Positions 44,885 through 60,737 are shown, numbered from the stretch's first letter. The stretch: DNA of 64,000 nt from the human T2T-CHM13v2.0 reference genome, Homo sapiens (GCF_009914755.1 NC_060929.1), one strand, 5' to 3'. The notes: generated by a model not told the origin, from the letters alone. Program-made: numbers and translations.

Positions 44885-45198
44885 AGCTGGGCGTGGTGGC
44901 TCACGCCTGTAATCCCAGCCCTTTGGGAGGCCGAAGCAGGCAGATTAATTGGGCCCAGCAGTTCAAGAACACCCTGGGCAACATGGTGAAACCTGCATCT
45001 CTACAAAAAAAAAACACAAAAAATTGCCCGTGTGCGGCAGTGCAAGCTTTTAGTCCCAGCTACCAAAAGGCTGAGGTGGGAAAATCATCTGAGCCCAGGA
45101 AGTCGAGGCTGCAGTGAGCCATGATCGCGCCACTGCACTCCAGCCTGGGCCACAGAGCGAGACTCCATCTCAAAAAAAAAGAAAAAAAGAAAAGAAAA
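44885..45198 (+). mobile_element. Alu (AluJ-like)
   Basis: Full dimer with A-rich tail. Confidence 0.9.
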
Positions 45199-45783
45199 AT
45201 TACACGCTTCAGCTGCAAATATTTGAAAGAAGAATTTACTTTTCCAAGGAAAGGGTAGTCACGTTTTCTTGAATGCCGACACTAATTTACGGAGGCTGTG
45301 TGCTTTGCATCCACACCAGATTTTCATCTAAAGAACTGCCTTTGCTTGGTAAATGAAAATGGAGATTCTTAAGAAGGATTTGATAGTCTTTTTCAAAACC
45401 CTCAGATACCAGATGCTCCTAACGCATCTGCCTTTAGTCTGCCCAGGAATCTCAGGAAGTCATCCATTCCTCGAGTACAGTTTCAGTGATACAAGGAGAT
45501 AGCAGCCCACATTTTATACGCTATTCTGAGTTATACCAGAGGTTCGTCGTTTGGGAAAATACGGTTATTTTAACCTAGATGCAAATCCTATCTGGGTTAC
45601 TCTGCAGTTTCAGCATTGAGAGACTTCTTCATGACAGAAAAGTGGTTTCCTTTTTCTTATCAGCAACATACACTCAGGCCATTTTCCCCGGAAGAATCCA
45701 GCTTATCTTACTACTACAACATATATCTGGTCATTTATGACACTAGAATCTAGAAACTAAAATGTTAGTTTAACAAAGTGAAA

Positions 45784-45926
45784 AGCCAGGCACGGTGGCT
45801 CATACCTGTAATCCCAGCACTTTGGGAGGCTGAGGTGGGAGGATTGCTTGAGCCCAGGAGTTCAACACTAGCCTGGGCAACATAGCAGTAGCCTCGTCTC
45901 GTCTTCCTTTTTTTTTTTTTTTTTTT
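45784..45926 (+). mobile_element. FLAM/Alu left monomer ending in poly(T)
   Basis: Sense monomer; T19 at 45908-45926; aagtgaaa on both sides. Confidence 0.85.
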
Positions 45927-46350
45927 AAGTGAAAGAAGTCAGTCTTTAAAAAGCTACATACTGTGAGGTTTCAACTCTGTGACATCCTGGAAAAGGCAGA
46001 ACTATGGAAACAGTAAAAAGATTGGTGATTGTTCAGGGTTGTGGGGAGAGAGGAATGAATAGATGGAGCATGGGACTTTTAGGGCAGTAAAGCTATTCTA
46101 CATGATACTGTAATGATGGATACATGTCATTATACATGTGTCAAAACCCACAGAATGTACAACACCAATGTAATGTAATTGAACTTTGGCTAATAACAAC
46201 GTGTCAATATTGGCTCATCAGTTGTAACAAATGTACCATACCAAAGCAAGAAGTTACTAGTGGAAACTGAGGGTATAAGAGAACTCTACTTTTTGTTCAC
46301 TTTTTTTGTTGTAAACCTAAAGCTGCTCAAAAACATCTATTCATATTTCT
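45927..46350 (+). mobile_element. L1MC-type 3'UTR fragment
   Basis: ggatacatgtcattatacatgtgtcaaaacccacagaatgtacaacacc motif. Confidence 0.75.
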
Positions 46351-47050
46351 AAAAAACAGCAAAAAGACAGTTTAGCCTCATGGCATATCCATGGAGGTGG
46401 GGGAGGTGGGGACGGGGTCATTCTAGTATAATTAAGTCTTCTTTGGTACACAACATATAGGCTCAAGCAATTTCATTTGAAAGTAGTTATCAGTATATTA
46501 AATCTCCTTATGTTTTTAGTGGTTGCTGCCATTACTAGTCTCTTGCTTTAAAAAAAGAAGAGGAAGAATATGAAATTAGCTTACCCTCTTCTCAAGAAGT
46601 TTCTTTCAGTCAGAGATTCTGTCATACTCTTCCCACATTCCAAACAGTTGGCAACTTTGCCTCACTTCAGGAGCCTGCATACTCTACTTTCTAGGTGTCT
46701 TAGCCAAAAAGAAAATCCGTGCTTACTGACCTTTATTAGGTGTGATGTAACCCACAAAATCACTGGCTGTGCACTAACTCACAGACTGGATTTGTGCAGC
46801 TCAGGGAGGAGTGTTTATTCCTTTCCCATGGTGCAGAAAGGAGGATGGTTGGATAATAACCACAATAAATATCTCGGTTATGAAGAGTCCACACGTTATG
46901 GAAACAACTATCATTAGGTACAGTACAAGTAGCGATGAGTAGTTATGACTTGTCAAAGAAAAACCCACACTTACAAATTTACAAATCAAACAAAGAAAGA
47001 TGTGTGCTAAATGCTGCATTTTGCCCCTTATAAGATGCATTTCCCTCTTA

Positions 47051-47518
<468 letters not shown>

Positions 47519-47917
47519 TTAAGTTTTCTGCCTAGAAGATCACTTGTTCATGTGTACTAAAGATAATAATTTTTTTCTTTTTTAAAAAATGTCTTAAGAA
47601 GTGGGATGTGTCTTACTTATATACCTGCGTATCTTAAAGAGAGGGAACAAGATCTTCCTAGGCCCACAATTGATTCTCTTCTGTCATATTTTCTTGGACT
47701 TGATTTCCCAAATGTTACATTGGCTCACTGGTGTGCTCCCCAGCTCAGTATTCGGTTTCTGCCTGCTACCAAAAATAATTGGCAAGATAGCAGAGTATTT
47801 CACCTCCATAGTATCTGACAGATGAGGGATATAACCTCACCCTCCCTAATTTTCTGAGAAAATTCCGTGGGCTCTTCTTATTTAAGACCTAGCATGTTAA
47901 TTAATAAAAGAAAATAG

Positions 47918-49792
47918 AAAGCTGATAAGCAACTTCAGCAAAGTCTCAGGATACAAAATCAACGTGCAAAAATCACAAGCATTCCTTTACATCAACAATA
48001 GACAAGTGAGAGCCAACTCATGAGTGAACTCCCATTCACAATTGCTACAAAGACAGTAAAATACCTGGAAATACAATTTACAAGGGCTGTGAAGGAACTC
48101 TTCAAGGAGAACTACAAACCACTGCCCAAGGAAATAAGAGAGGATGTAAACAAATGGAAAAACATTCCATATTCATGGATAGGAAGAATCAATATAGTGA
48201 AAGTGGCCATACTGCCCAAAGTAATTTATAGATTCAATGCTATTCCCATCCAACTACCATTGACATTCTTCACAGAATTAGAAAAAGCTACTTTAAATTT
48301 CATATGGAACCAAGGAAGACCCCATATAGCCAAGACAATCCTAAGCAAAAAGAACAAAGCTAGAGGCATCATGTTACCTGACTTCAAACTATACTACAAG
48401 GCTACAGTAACCAAAACAGCATGGTACTGGTACCAAAACAGACATATAGACCAATGGCACAGAACAGAGACCTCCGAAATAACACTACACATGTACAACC
48501 ATCTGATCTTCAACAAACCTCACAGAAACAAGAGATGGGGAAAAGATCTCCTATTCAAAAAAAGGTGCTGTGAAAACTGGCTAGCCATATTCAGAAAACT
48601 GAAACTGGACCCCTTCCTTACACTTTATGCAAAATTAACTCAAGATGGATTAAAGACTTAAATGTAAAGCCCAAAACCATAAAAACCCTAGAAGAAAACC
48701 TAGGCAATACCACTCAGGACATAGGCATGGGCAAATACTTCATGATGAAAACACCAAAAGCAATTTCAACAAAAGCCAAAATTCACAAATGGGATGTAAT
48801 TAAACTAAAGATCTTCAGCACAGCAAAAGAAACTGTCATCAGAGTAAACAGGCAACCTACAGAATGGGAGAACATTTTTGCAATCTACCCATCTGACAAA
48901 GGTCTAATATCTAGAATTTACAAGGAATGTAAACAAATTTACCAGAAAAAAATAAACAACTTCATCAACAAGGGGGCAAAGGATATGAACAGATACTTCT
49001 CAAAAGAAGACATTTACATGGCCAACAAACATATGAAGAAAAGCTCAACATCACTGATCATAGAGAAATGAAAATCAAAACTGCAATGAGATACTATCTC
49101 ATGCCAGTCAGAATGGCTATTATTAAAAAGTCAAGAAACAATAGATGCTAGCGAGGCTGTGGAGAAATAGGAACACTTTTACACTGTTGGTGTGAATGTA
49201 AATTAGTTCAACCACTGTGGAAGACAGTACAGCGATTCCTCAAGGATCTAGAACCAGAAATACCATTTGACCCAGCAATCCCATTACTGGGTATGTACCC
49301 AAAGGAATATAAATCATTCTACTATAAAGACACATGCACATGAATGTTTATTGCTGCACTATTTACAATAGCAAAGACTTGGAACCAACCCAAATGTCTA
49401 TCAATGATAGACTGGATAAAGCAAATGTGGTACATGTACACCATGGAATACTATGCAGCCATAAAAAAGGAATGAGATAATGTCCTTTGCAGGGACATGG
49501 ATGAAGCTAGAAGCCATTATCCTCAGCAAACTAACACAGGAACAGAAAACCAAACACCGATTGTTCTCACTCATAAATGAGAGTTGAACAATGACAACAC
49601 ATGGACATAGGGAGGGGAACAACACACACCAGGGCCTGTTTAGGGGATGGGGAGTGAGGGGAGGGAACTTAGAGGATGGGTCAATAGGTGCAGCAAACCA
49701 CCATGGCACATGTATACCTATGTAACAAACCTGCACGTTCTGCACATGTATCTCGGAACTGAAAGTAAAATACAAAATAAATAAAAAATAAA
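47918..49792 (+). mobile_element. 5'-truncated L1PA (L1PA10-like): ORF2 3' part plus 3'UTR
   Basis: ORFs 48020..48661 and 48727..49071 are L1 ORF2p fragments ([17 protein letters not shown]); L1PA 3'UTR and A-rich tail. Confidence 0.95.
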
Positions 49793-49844
49793 ACACTTAG
49801 CATGAACATAATTAATTAAAGAAAATAGGGAGTAACAAATCTAA

Positions 49845-50072
<228 letters not shown>

Positions 50073-50317
50073 TGAAATTATGGGAATTTACAAAACAAAA
50101 TAACAAGTCACTCTTGTAAAGAGATGAGAAACTGCTCAATTTTTCTATATCACCCTCTCCACCCTTTGCCTGGGATAAGAGGAGGTAACCCAGCTTTTCC
50201 CACACTGAGCAGAGGTGACCTGCCTCTCTCTAATGAACTGCGCTTTATGCCTGTTTTGTTCCTGAGAGAAGAGTTTGGATAGAGGAGGATTAAAGTTTGT
50301 TTTAAGAGACCCTTCCT

Positions 50318-50840
<523 letters not shown>

Positions 50841-51118
50841 CTACAATTTTTTCTCTCTTTCTGTTCACAATACATTGGGACTTACAGGCAGAGTAAGAGT
50901 CAATGGAAGCTATGGTAAGAAAGTCAACAGAGGGCTGGAGGAACAATACCAACAGCTAGGATTCTCTACTCCCAGATTTGCTAACAAGCATTGATTTGCT
51001 CCACTGATATACAACACAATCTGAGGGAAGATCATTGAAAATCTAGGATCTTTTGGTCTAAAGTTGGAATCATGGGGAGGCATTTTCTCAACCTTGTTCA
51101 TGTCTCTTTCCTTTGCAG

Positions 51119-51302
51119 GGCAACAGGCTTTGGCTTCTTAAATGCGCTATGCAAGGCAGCAGCCGTCCTGGGAAACTTAATATTTGGCTCTCTGGTCAGC
51201 ATCACCAAATCAATCCCCATCCTGCTGGCTTCTACTGTGCTCGTGTGTGGAGGACTCGTTGGGCTGTGCCTGCCTGACACACGAACCCAGGTTCTGATGT
51301 AA
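51119..51302 (+). CDS. SV2C: SV2C last coding exon (probable exon 13): ATGFGFLNALCKAAAVLGNLIFGSLVSITKSIPILLASTVLVCGGLVGLCLPDTRTQVLM*
   Basis: ctttgcag acceptor; TAA at 51300-51302; matches the SV2C C-terminus. Confidence 0.97.
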
Positions 51303-54300
51303 TGGGAAAAAAAGCCATCCTTCCTGCGTTTCTTCCTCCTGCCCTGGGTCAATTCTCCTTCCTGACTCAAGGCTTCAGAGTTTTCCTATATAGAAAGGTG
51401 ATCAAGTATCAGAACATAAACACGTGCTGTGACTTAAAATTTAGAAGCATATCATCTTGCCCCTTTGTGATTTTGCACAGGTTGTTTGTTTGTTTTGTTT
51501 TGTTTGAATGCATTGTTATCTTTCCAAACTGTGATGCTACTGCCTCCCGCAAATCAGTGGAAGCATTTCTAAAATGCCCTAGGCAGCCAGGCTTCCCTGG
51601 GGTTCTGCTCATTGAAAGTTTAGAAGCTAAGAAGACTGGGCTGGTGTAAGAAATAGATCCTGCTCCTAATTTAACATTAACAGGAAATATAAGTCGGCAC
51701 ATTATTGCATTTGTGCTGAGAAGAGGGATTCTTTTTTTTTTTTTTTTCTAACAGAGTGATATTTCCTGTTTACTTAGAAAAGGACACCCAGTAATTCTCA
51801 CTGTTATAGCAGAGCCTTTCAAAGAAAACCATGTGGCACCAAACAGGGCTGGGTGGGGCTCTTTGGGGCAAGACAATTAAGGTGACCGCTGACAAGAAAA
51901 ATAAAAGCTCTGCAATTAGCAGCAAAAATCTGAGTGTGCTGCATAAGCAAGATTTCTGTCAGAAAGCCCAATTAAACCTCTGAAAAGTGTGAGGAAAAAG
52001 AACTGTAACAGTATCTGTGACTGTGGCATGTGGTTCAGAATGTTTGAAAATCAGAGATCCGAGAGAGAGCTTCTGCCTCCATTTACCACTCCCACTCCTT
52101 CAGCTGCCCTTGGTCTTGCCAGACAGCAGATTCAGGGAAAGAAAGCTGCTTCTTAAAAACTGTCTGCCTACCTGATTCTGCCACTTACCCACACTGTCTC
52201 TAGTCTAGAGATTGCCAGTGGATAGCTAAATTGTAAATTGCAAATTAGGAAGAAATTCACACCCAGAGCCATTTGGAAATACAAAATGGTACCTCTTTCC
52301 AGTACCTCTTTGCTGTGGGACTGGCCCGCCAGGACCCCCACCCCACCTGGCCCGCAGTTGACATTCAGCTTCCCAGCTGGCATCAGCAAAGAGGGTTTGT
52401 CCCTCTAGCTTCCCCAGGGCTGGCCCACTGCTCAATGCGCTCCTGGCTCCCTGTAAAATCACAGCCCGCCTGCACTCCTGAGGGCCCCTCTCACAGACAG
52501 ACCATCTCCCTGTGGTTGTTTGACTGCTCATTTTACCTCTGGAATCTGCCTGGGCTTGGAAGAAAGAGGTCAGCCAGGACATTCCCACGGGCCCGCTGTC
52601 AGCTACATGACCTTCTCGCCTCTCAGGCTCCCCTTCCCCCAGGCTCGTCCTTTTTACACCTCTTCTTTGAAATCTGAACCTTCCTTGTAGACTTGCAGCC
52701 AATGACCAGAAGCCAGGAATAAATCCCATATTTAAACAATATTCCTTTTTTAACTGCCTCGATAGAGGTTTATTCTTGTTACTTATTATAGGCATTTTCA
52801 GGCAAGCCATAGCTTGGGGCCTCCAGGAAGGGAAAGCTTTTGTTTCCACTGATCATTATTTTCAGAGATGTCCTAACTCCCCTGAGGCCCCCCTGCCTCC
52901 CCCTCCCCTTCCTAATGATCCCTCGCAGAGCTCAGACTAAGTGAAAAGCTTCTTTCATTAACATAAGCCATTAATCGACTTCCCCTTGAAGTAATTCAGG
53001 TCTGCAGAGGGGGGAAGACTGGTGTTGGGGGCAGTGGGAAGAGGGTGGTTCCCTGGGGGTCTGTGATCAGGGCTAGAACATCAGGAAAACCCGAACCAAA
53101 AACTGCAAAGGTGGCAGGAAGAAGAAAAATCACTGAAGGCTAGACAAGATGCATTTGAAAGATACCAACCGCACAGGGAAAGAAACAACTTTCTCTCACT
53201 TCTGCCTCCTATCATTTTATTGGAGAACAAAGACAGCAGTCAAACAACCCAAGAAAGTACCCTGTATGTTTTTCTTCTTCCACATGTACCCATTTTCCCA
53301 CCTATCTCTCCCTGATTTGTCTTCTTTAAAAAGACATTTGGGGACCTGAGCAGGTCTTTTAGTTGAATGCAGCATGTGCAGAAATAACTGCAAAAGCCAG
53401 GAGTGCATCTCCATCAACCCATCAAAAGAAAAATAGAAATGTACATGGGCATCGCTGTCTCTAGTCCTCTGTGATAGTTCACTTTGCTAACTAGACTACC
53501 TTTACTTTTCAAAATATCTCTAATGTCTGCTCTGGGGTCTAAATGCATAAAACATGTCCCAAGCTGCAGAGCACAGTTATTCAGAATTTTATTTGAACAC
53601 TGGGTTGGGTCAGCATAGGATAAACCAGCAAAACCTTACTTCATGAGACCTGCCATCCGTGTCCCCTGCAGAAGGACCGTTCTTGGCCTACTTGTTACCT
53701 AATCCGAGCATCCTTGGTGGCCTAAGAGGGATCTTTTCTCATCTCCTGGACAGTCTGTGGTCACAAACCTTCTTGGTCACCACCTCTCCCACCTTTTGTG
53801 CACTCTTCCCTGCCTCCTTGAGACTGTTCATCACCTTGATTTTCTAAGAGAGCTCAAATCATTTCCAAAGCATGTGGTGTGGCCTGTATAGCTTGCTCCA
53901 GATTTAGCTGGAGATTAAGAAACAGCCAGGATATTAAACAGAAACTCTCAGTTGTATCAGTGTAGCAGGCCACTGGCACCTAAACACGCAACTGGCATCT
54001 CATTTCGCCTACAGTAGAAGGAAAATGAAAATTTGTACAAAAATGAAAACCTAGGAAATAGTCCACTTGCTCCTATATTTTTACCACCTTTTCTAACTAA
54101 AATTTCCCTGTTGCTCTTTGGAATCAATCCAGAATGCTCCCAAGTCCCATTATTATCACAGAATCTTCTCAGTAGGGAAAAACAAACAACTGCTTCAAAC
54201 TGTGAATTCTGTATGTACCACATTCTATCCCAGGTATTGGGTTTTAAGGCACCCAACTCACATTCAGTCCTGCTGCCTGAATCATCTCACACCAGAGTAC

Positions 54301-54473
54301 AGACCTTGGAGACGCGATAGATGGGTCCTAGCCTGACCTTCACCACTAAGCGGTACAGGGACCCAGATCTTGCTGTGGAGACTGTAAGTCGTTGAACATC
54401 TCTAGTTCTCACTTTCCCCGTGCACAAAATAAAGGATTGGGACTAGTCTGCTCTCCACTCTCCAGCATTGTAG

Positions 54474-54818
<345 letters not shown>

Positions 54819-56596
54819 TCAACTCATTTTTACAAGCACTAAATAGGTTTAGTTTATAAACTGAAAAATTAGGAAATAGGCACGCATAAAAAGAGTGTAG
54901 GAAGTTGTTTGGGAAGCCCGCATGGAATAGGCCAGAAAGCACAGTCCCCATGCTGTCTGCCCTGCCAGCATCTCAGCATCCTGACTAGTATCTCTGTTCA
55001 CTGCAGGTTTGACAGTTACCATCACCCAGCCAGAAAAGGGCCCCGCCTTGCCAGATAAACGCGCTTAGGTTAGAAGACTATAATTGCAATATTACCCTAC
55101 AGCTCTCCTGACTGTTTATTCCATTATTTTCTTGAAACATGGCCTTAAGTATTATACATAGGCTTCAGAAACAGTTTTTCAGTGATTTTACCTATATTGG
55201 CAAATAGACAAATCTCACCAAATCAGAGTTCAGGTTTTCACCAAAAACTGCTTAGTTGTCTTTCAAGATACCTTAAGAGATCAAAGGGGAGGTGGGAAAA
55301 GAAATGTAGTGACAGAAGGGAGAGTCCAAGATACCACTGATAAGGTTCCAGCAAAGAGATTAGGACACAGCAGAGACTTTCTAAATGCTGGGGTCATTTC
55401 CAAAGCAGTCCAGGGGAATACTTTCTGATTCCCTCTGCCAATCAAAATAGATAGAATATGATATTCTCCAATTTTTTTTTCTGTTTGATGTCAAAATGGC
55501 CTTTACCTATTTCTTCAGTAATATACCTGATCTGTTCATGCACTAAAGGCTCTGGAGCCAGGAATGTCTGAATTTGGCCTTCACCTGGTATCACAGAAAG
55601 ACAACTGGGATATTGGTGTTAAGGGGCATATCGGCTGTATGTTAGGTTTTCTTTAATCCTCACATCGTGCCCTTAGTCTGGTTACTAAGCCTAAAAACAC
55701 CAGTATTGCAACAACTTCTGAAACTCTGAAGTGGACTATATGTTTCTCACAGTTTTTGTTTATGCTCAGCAAAGTATGTATTTTAAGTAAAGCTTCTCTT
55801 GTTATCTGTAATGTAGACAAAAAAAAAAAAAAACCTGTTAGTATATTCTGGATGTATTGTGTGTCCCTTCATTGTTTCAGGTATGGCGTAACAGTTCTCC
55901 GTGTGATGTTCTTTTGCTCTAAATGTTGACCATTCCTCTTGTCGCCCGTCTCTCACCAACCAGTCACAGAGCCATTGCCAGGGCTCCCTTCAGTCTTTCT
56001 TAAACAATATCTAAATGCAGTTTAGTAATCCCAGGATTTTGAGTTACAAGAATACAGTTTATGGGTCTGTTTCAGCTCTTACTTAAGGCTAGCATGGTTG
56101 GGCAGGGGAAGAGCTGAGCCGAGCCTTCACTGATCTCTTGTCATTTCATATGATTATCCAGTAAATACTTATTGAGCACCTCCCATGTGATACGTATTGA
56201 GACACTGCTGTGTGCAATAATTAAGCCTATGGAGGACTTAAATGAGGGCAAGGAAAACAGAATGAGAGAAGACACTCTCACACTGACCCCCATTACATAT
56301 GAACCCTCCGTGCCCCGCCCCCCATAAATACAAAGTGTTATTTTTCCACATTTAAAACAAATAATAGCCTTCAGCAGGCAGTGCAGGAACTATTCAGTCA
56401 TTGAGATAACCTTTGATGAGAGGAGAAAGCTCCTTGATTACCTGGTTTTTGTTGGAGAGACTATTAACTAGTACTTGGAAAATGAGAAAAATGAAACCAC
56501 ACATAAGTTGTTCCCTTAAATAATCTCAGCAGGATATTGCACTAAGATATTATTCAAGGAAAAGAATCAGGAGCAGAGATAGCCCCATCTCTCTAG

Positions 56597-56914
<318 letters not shown>

Positions 56915-58121
56915 TAAAGTCCCGCTTTCTTCTGAGGTGTTCTTTTCATGGTGTGAAACCAGAGACAGGAGCTAGGGGGTCTGTTCCCCAGCGAATAGTG
57001 TTGGGGTTTTCTCTTCAGAGCTAAGTCAGCAAAGCCTGCAGCTGCTGCCACTCCCCTGGTCTGTGCCTCCCAGGGTGTTTCCTTTCTGATTTTGAAGATT
57101 TGTGGGTGAGTCAATTATCTTTGCAGACATCCTAAAGCAGCTTCCCTCCTCGCTACCCTCAGCAGATAAGCCATCCAGAAAACAGGTTCTGACAGCCAGT
57201 AGCAGGGGTATTTTGGGTTTCAGTTTAAAACTGGTGCGTGTTGTTGCAAGTGTCTTGAAGTTGCAAAGGATGTTTGGGGTTCTAGGGCCTGCAGGGGGGC
57301 AGAGCAGAAAGAGGGTAGTTGTCAGTGACCCTCTACCCTCCTCTGAGAGCCCCATTGCCATTTTTGCCCACCAGTTCTCTTCTTACCTCCTCAGGGCAGT
57401 GCCCACTCATTTCCTTTATTTCCCTTTTGTTTTTTTTCTTTTCCTCCTCTGGTCGACAACCTCTTAATTCTAGCAGTGTACAAAAGCAAGGCCAAGCTTT
57501 CCTGGGGCACTTGGGATGAAAGGCCCATCCATGCCTGTTGTGGAGGCACAGAGGAGGAGAAGGTGAAGAACAGGAATGGGTGCAGGGGGAGTGTGAACGC
57601 AAGGCTGCTGGCTTTGGCACAGCTCCCTGTGCAGGGCTGGATTTCCAATTGCTTTTCAGTGCCTGTGCCCTGATAGGATGGGCACAGCTGGTATGGAATC
57701 AGAGCAGCCCATCTCCAGAGCAGAAGTCTGAGAGCTCAGCGTTTGACTCCTGAAAGACCAGGATGTTCCTACCTGGGTTCTTGAGATTCATTGGCTAGTG
57801 GAGGTAGATGGTACTCTCCATGTCTGCAGAAGATTCCCCACTTGGTGCTGAAGGCTAGGTGCCTTCCAGTCAGGTCTGAATGCTGAAATTGCTGAGATTG
57901 TCCACTCTCTGCCTACTTTATTGCATTCATGCTCCCCTTAGATCCAAGAGTGCCCAGGACTAGGAGCAGAAAGCAGTTTTCAACCCTTTGTTCAGACTCA
58001 GACGGGTTTCAACTCAAGCGGGTAATCTACCCCAGCAGCAGGGGTGCAAAGTCCAAAACAGCTTTGTGGTGCCTGGGGAGTGACTAGGCAGCCTGCTCAC
58101 AGGGGCTGGAGTCATCTAAAG

Positions 58122-58553
58122 CTAGTGATGAGCTGGAATAGCTTTGAACCGGTTCATCCGAACTGATTGTTAAACTTTCAGAACTTTTGAGAGTCAGTTG
58201 AGAAACATAGCTATTACTAAAAAATTAAATAAGATTAGATAAATTATAGCTAAAAGCAAAGGCAACATATAGTCAAAGCTCATCACTTTCTACTTATTTT
58301 ACTACATTTTACCATTATCTGTGCCCATGAGGTAATGTATGCCTATTATGTCTGTATGGTAGAAATACTGTATACAGGTATACTACTACACACACCTTCC
58401 CAAGTGACAGTATTTTTGTAGTTTGAGATCAGCTATAGTGGTGGTATTTATACCATGGAAAGCAACAAAGCCATGGAAAGCAACAAAGCCATGCAAATCA
58501 GACTCCTCCTAACCCCTAAGACAGTTGTTAAACATTTGCCAGCATACCACCAT
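58122..58553. mobile_element. MER63-like hAT-Blackjack fossil in the 3'UTR; internal 18-bp tandem duplication at 58453-58488
   Basis: gattgttaaactttcagaacttttg...gttgttaaacatttgccagcataccac. Confidence 0.65.
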
Positions 58554-59670
58554 CTAAAGCCCTAAAGAATGCTTGGCCTCCCACTGCATAGACACAGGCC
58601 ACATCACATTGAGTATCATGGATTTATGGGTCAGCATTGCCCCTAAGTCCAAGGAAGGGGAAAGACTTAGCAAGCTCAACCTCATGTGATTCACAAAGGG
58701 TTTCTTTCTGCATTTGTATTGACTCAGAATAGGACCCAGTACAGAGAATCCACTGTTATCTATGGGTGTCATTCCTTCAGAAAGAATGTACAGTAAAATT
58801 GGCTATTTCATGCTATGCAAACAAAATGAAACTAGTTTGAAGTTGCAAAGTGTCTCCCCTCTTGCGCCCACGTAGTCATCCAAGAAGGAAACTCCTTTCT
58901 TGCCTTGATATTCACCAGGCCTACCTAGATAGAACTTGACAAATTGGCCTAACTTCATCTCCGCTGCTATTGTTATATATTTGCTTTACTGAATCTATGT
59001 CCTATGTCAGTCAGAAGAAAAAAGAAATGTCTTTTTTAATATACACTTTCTTAGCATCCATGCAGTTATGTATCCTCATCCTGATCCAGGAACATATTGA
59101 ACAGATCATATGTCTTTTGTTACTATCTAGATACACTAAATAACATGATAGAAGAGTTTTCTCTTTCAGGTGAACTTCCATTTTGAACATATGCTAAACG
59201 TACTATCCACTGTCTATTTTAATGAGATCTTGGCAATGGTCCTGTCGGTTTTGGTGTTTGGATTGTTTGGCTTTGTTTTCCTTTTTTATTCTTCCTGTTT
59301 TTAATGCTGTGTAAGATCTCCTGCTATGAATGTTCCAGTTACCCCTATTGTACTGTATATACGTGTGCTGCATGTGTAAATTCTGTTTCAGGTTTTGGAG
59401 TTTTCATCTTAAGTACAGCTGGTCCTGTTGTGAACTCATCTTTCCTGTATGCTCCTCTGTGTCTGATTTCCAATTGCCAAAATGTTTGACCAAATGTGTT
59501 TTGACAAATATCCCGAGACAGCCATGCGTATCCTTGTGAAAGGGCATGCTCCATGTGGGATGGCTCGTGTACAGCATAAATCTATCAAACTTGGAATTGT
59601 GTATACATTTATATGCCAGATAACTAACATTCATGTAACAGCTGCAAAGATATTTAGTGTATATCAGATT

Positions 59671-59676
59671 AATAAA
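59671..59676 (+). terminator. Probable distal polyadenylation signal AATAAA of SV2C
   Basis: AATAAA with upstream TGTA motifs and downstream T-rich/TG-rich sequence. Confidence 0.7.
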
Positions 59677-60109
59677 AGAGCATTTTTTTTTTTGCTCCAT
59701 TATATTCAAATACAGATTGCTGTGTGACTGGCTTCCCTTCTAAGCATGAATTGACCCTTCAAAAAATGAGCACTTTTTTAATGTCCTTAGGTATAGAGAA
59801 AACCTGTTTCTCCAATTCAGGTTTATTTGAATTGTTTCTGTGGGCTGGTGTCATGGGTATTGATGTGTTGTTGATCTTACGTGAGTATTTTCCAACTGTT
59901 AGCCAGGACCAGTGGGAAGAATATGTTCGTGGGGGAGTTTGTGGCAAAGCAGATGCTTGTGTTCTTTTGCCCTAGAGTAGGAATAGCAAACAGATTTTTA
60001 TTTAGCATATTAAATCCACTTGATTGGTAGTAGCTGCTTGGAACAGTGGTTTAAGAACAATGAGAAAAAGTGCTATACTTTAGGGAATTCACATTGGAGG
60101 CAGAAACAG

Positions 60110-60715
60110 ACTTAAATGCCGCATATTTGCTATCCCCAAAAGAGTTCCCGTGACTGCATTTAACAGAAGACACAAGTCTTCTTTTATTCTTTTATTCCTT
60201 TAATTTCCTAATAAACTGTCTTTACTAACAAAGAGGATGGGGCCATCCCAAGGTTGGTTCTGATGTGGCTTGATAACATCATTGGAGACCCAGATTCTTT
60301 TTCCATCTTTTAGATCAGCCATCCTCATCATACTGGCTTTTGTCCCCCTATGGGCATGAGATGGTGGCTGCAACTCTAAGCATCACATCTTCACACATCT
60401 AAGCGCCAGAAGGAGAACTAGTCCCTCTTTTTGACCCCTTTTTAAGATCAAGGAGAACATTCTCGGAATCCTCCAGCAGACTCCCCATTATGTCTCATTG
60501 GCTGGATTTGCATCATCTGCCAACTCCTAAACCAATCACGAGCAAGAGGAACATAATTACCATAACTGGCTTAGACTAATCAAGAGTCACCTCTCCCCCT
60601 ATAGCTGTAAGGGGCCCAGTCTCTCCTGAAGCACATGGCTCCTGACTGCCTGAACAAAATGGGGGGTTTGTAAGCAAGGAAAAAGGCAGGTAACTGCTGG
60701 GTAAGCAAGCAACAG
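60110..60715. mobile_element. Old MLT1-type LTR remnant
   Basis: gtctcattggctggattt...ctcctaaaccaatcac motif typical of MLT1J/K. Confidence 0.5.
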
Positions 60716-60737
60716 TGGGCTGTGTCTGAGCTCTAGA

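Noticed and set aside
48020-49071. 213-aa and 114-aa ORFs
   Set aside because: Broken L1 ORF2p fragments of a 5'-truncated element, not a host gene.
52226-52849. 207-aa antisense ORF and overlapping 134-aa sense ORF in the 3'UTR
   Set aside because: No recognisable domain or splice context; consistent with chance ORFs in a GC-richer patch.
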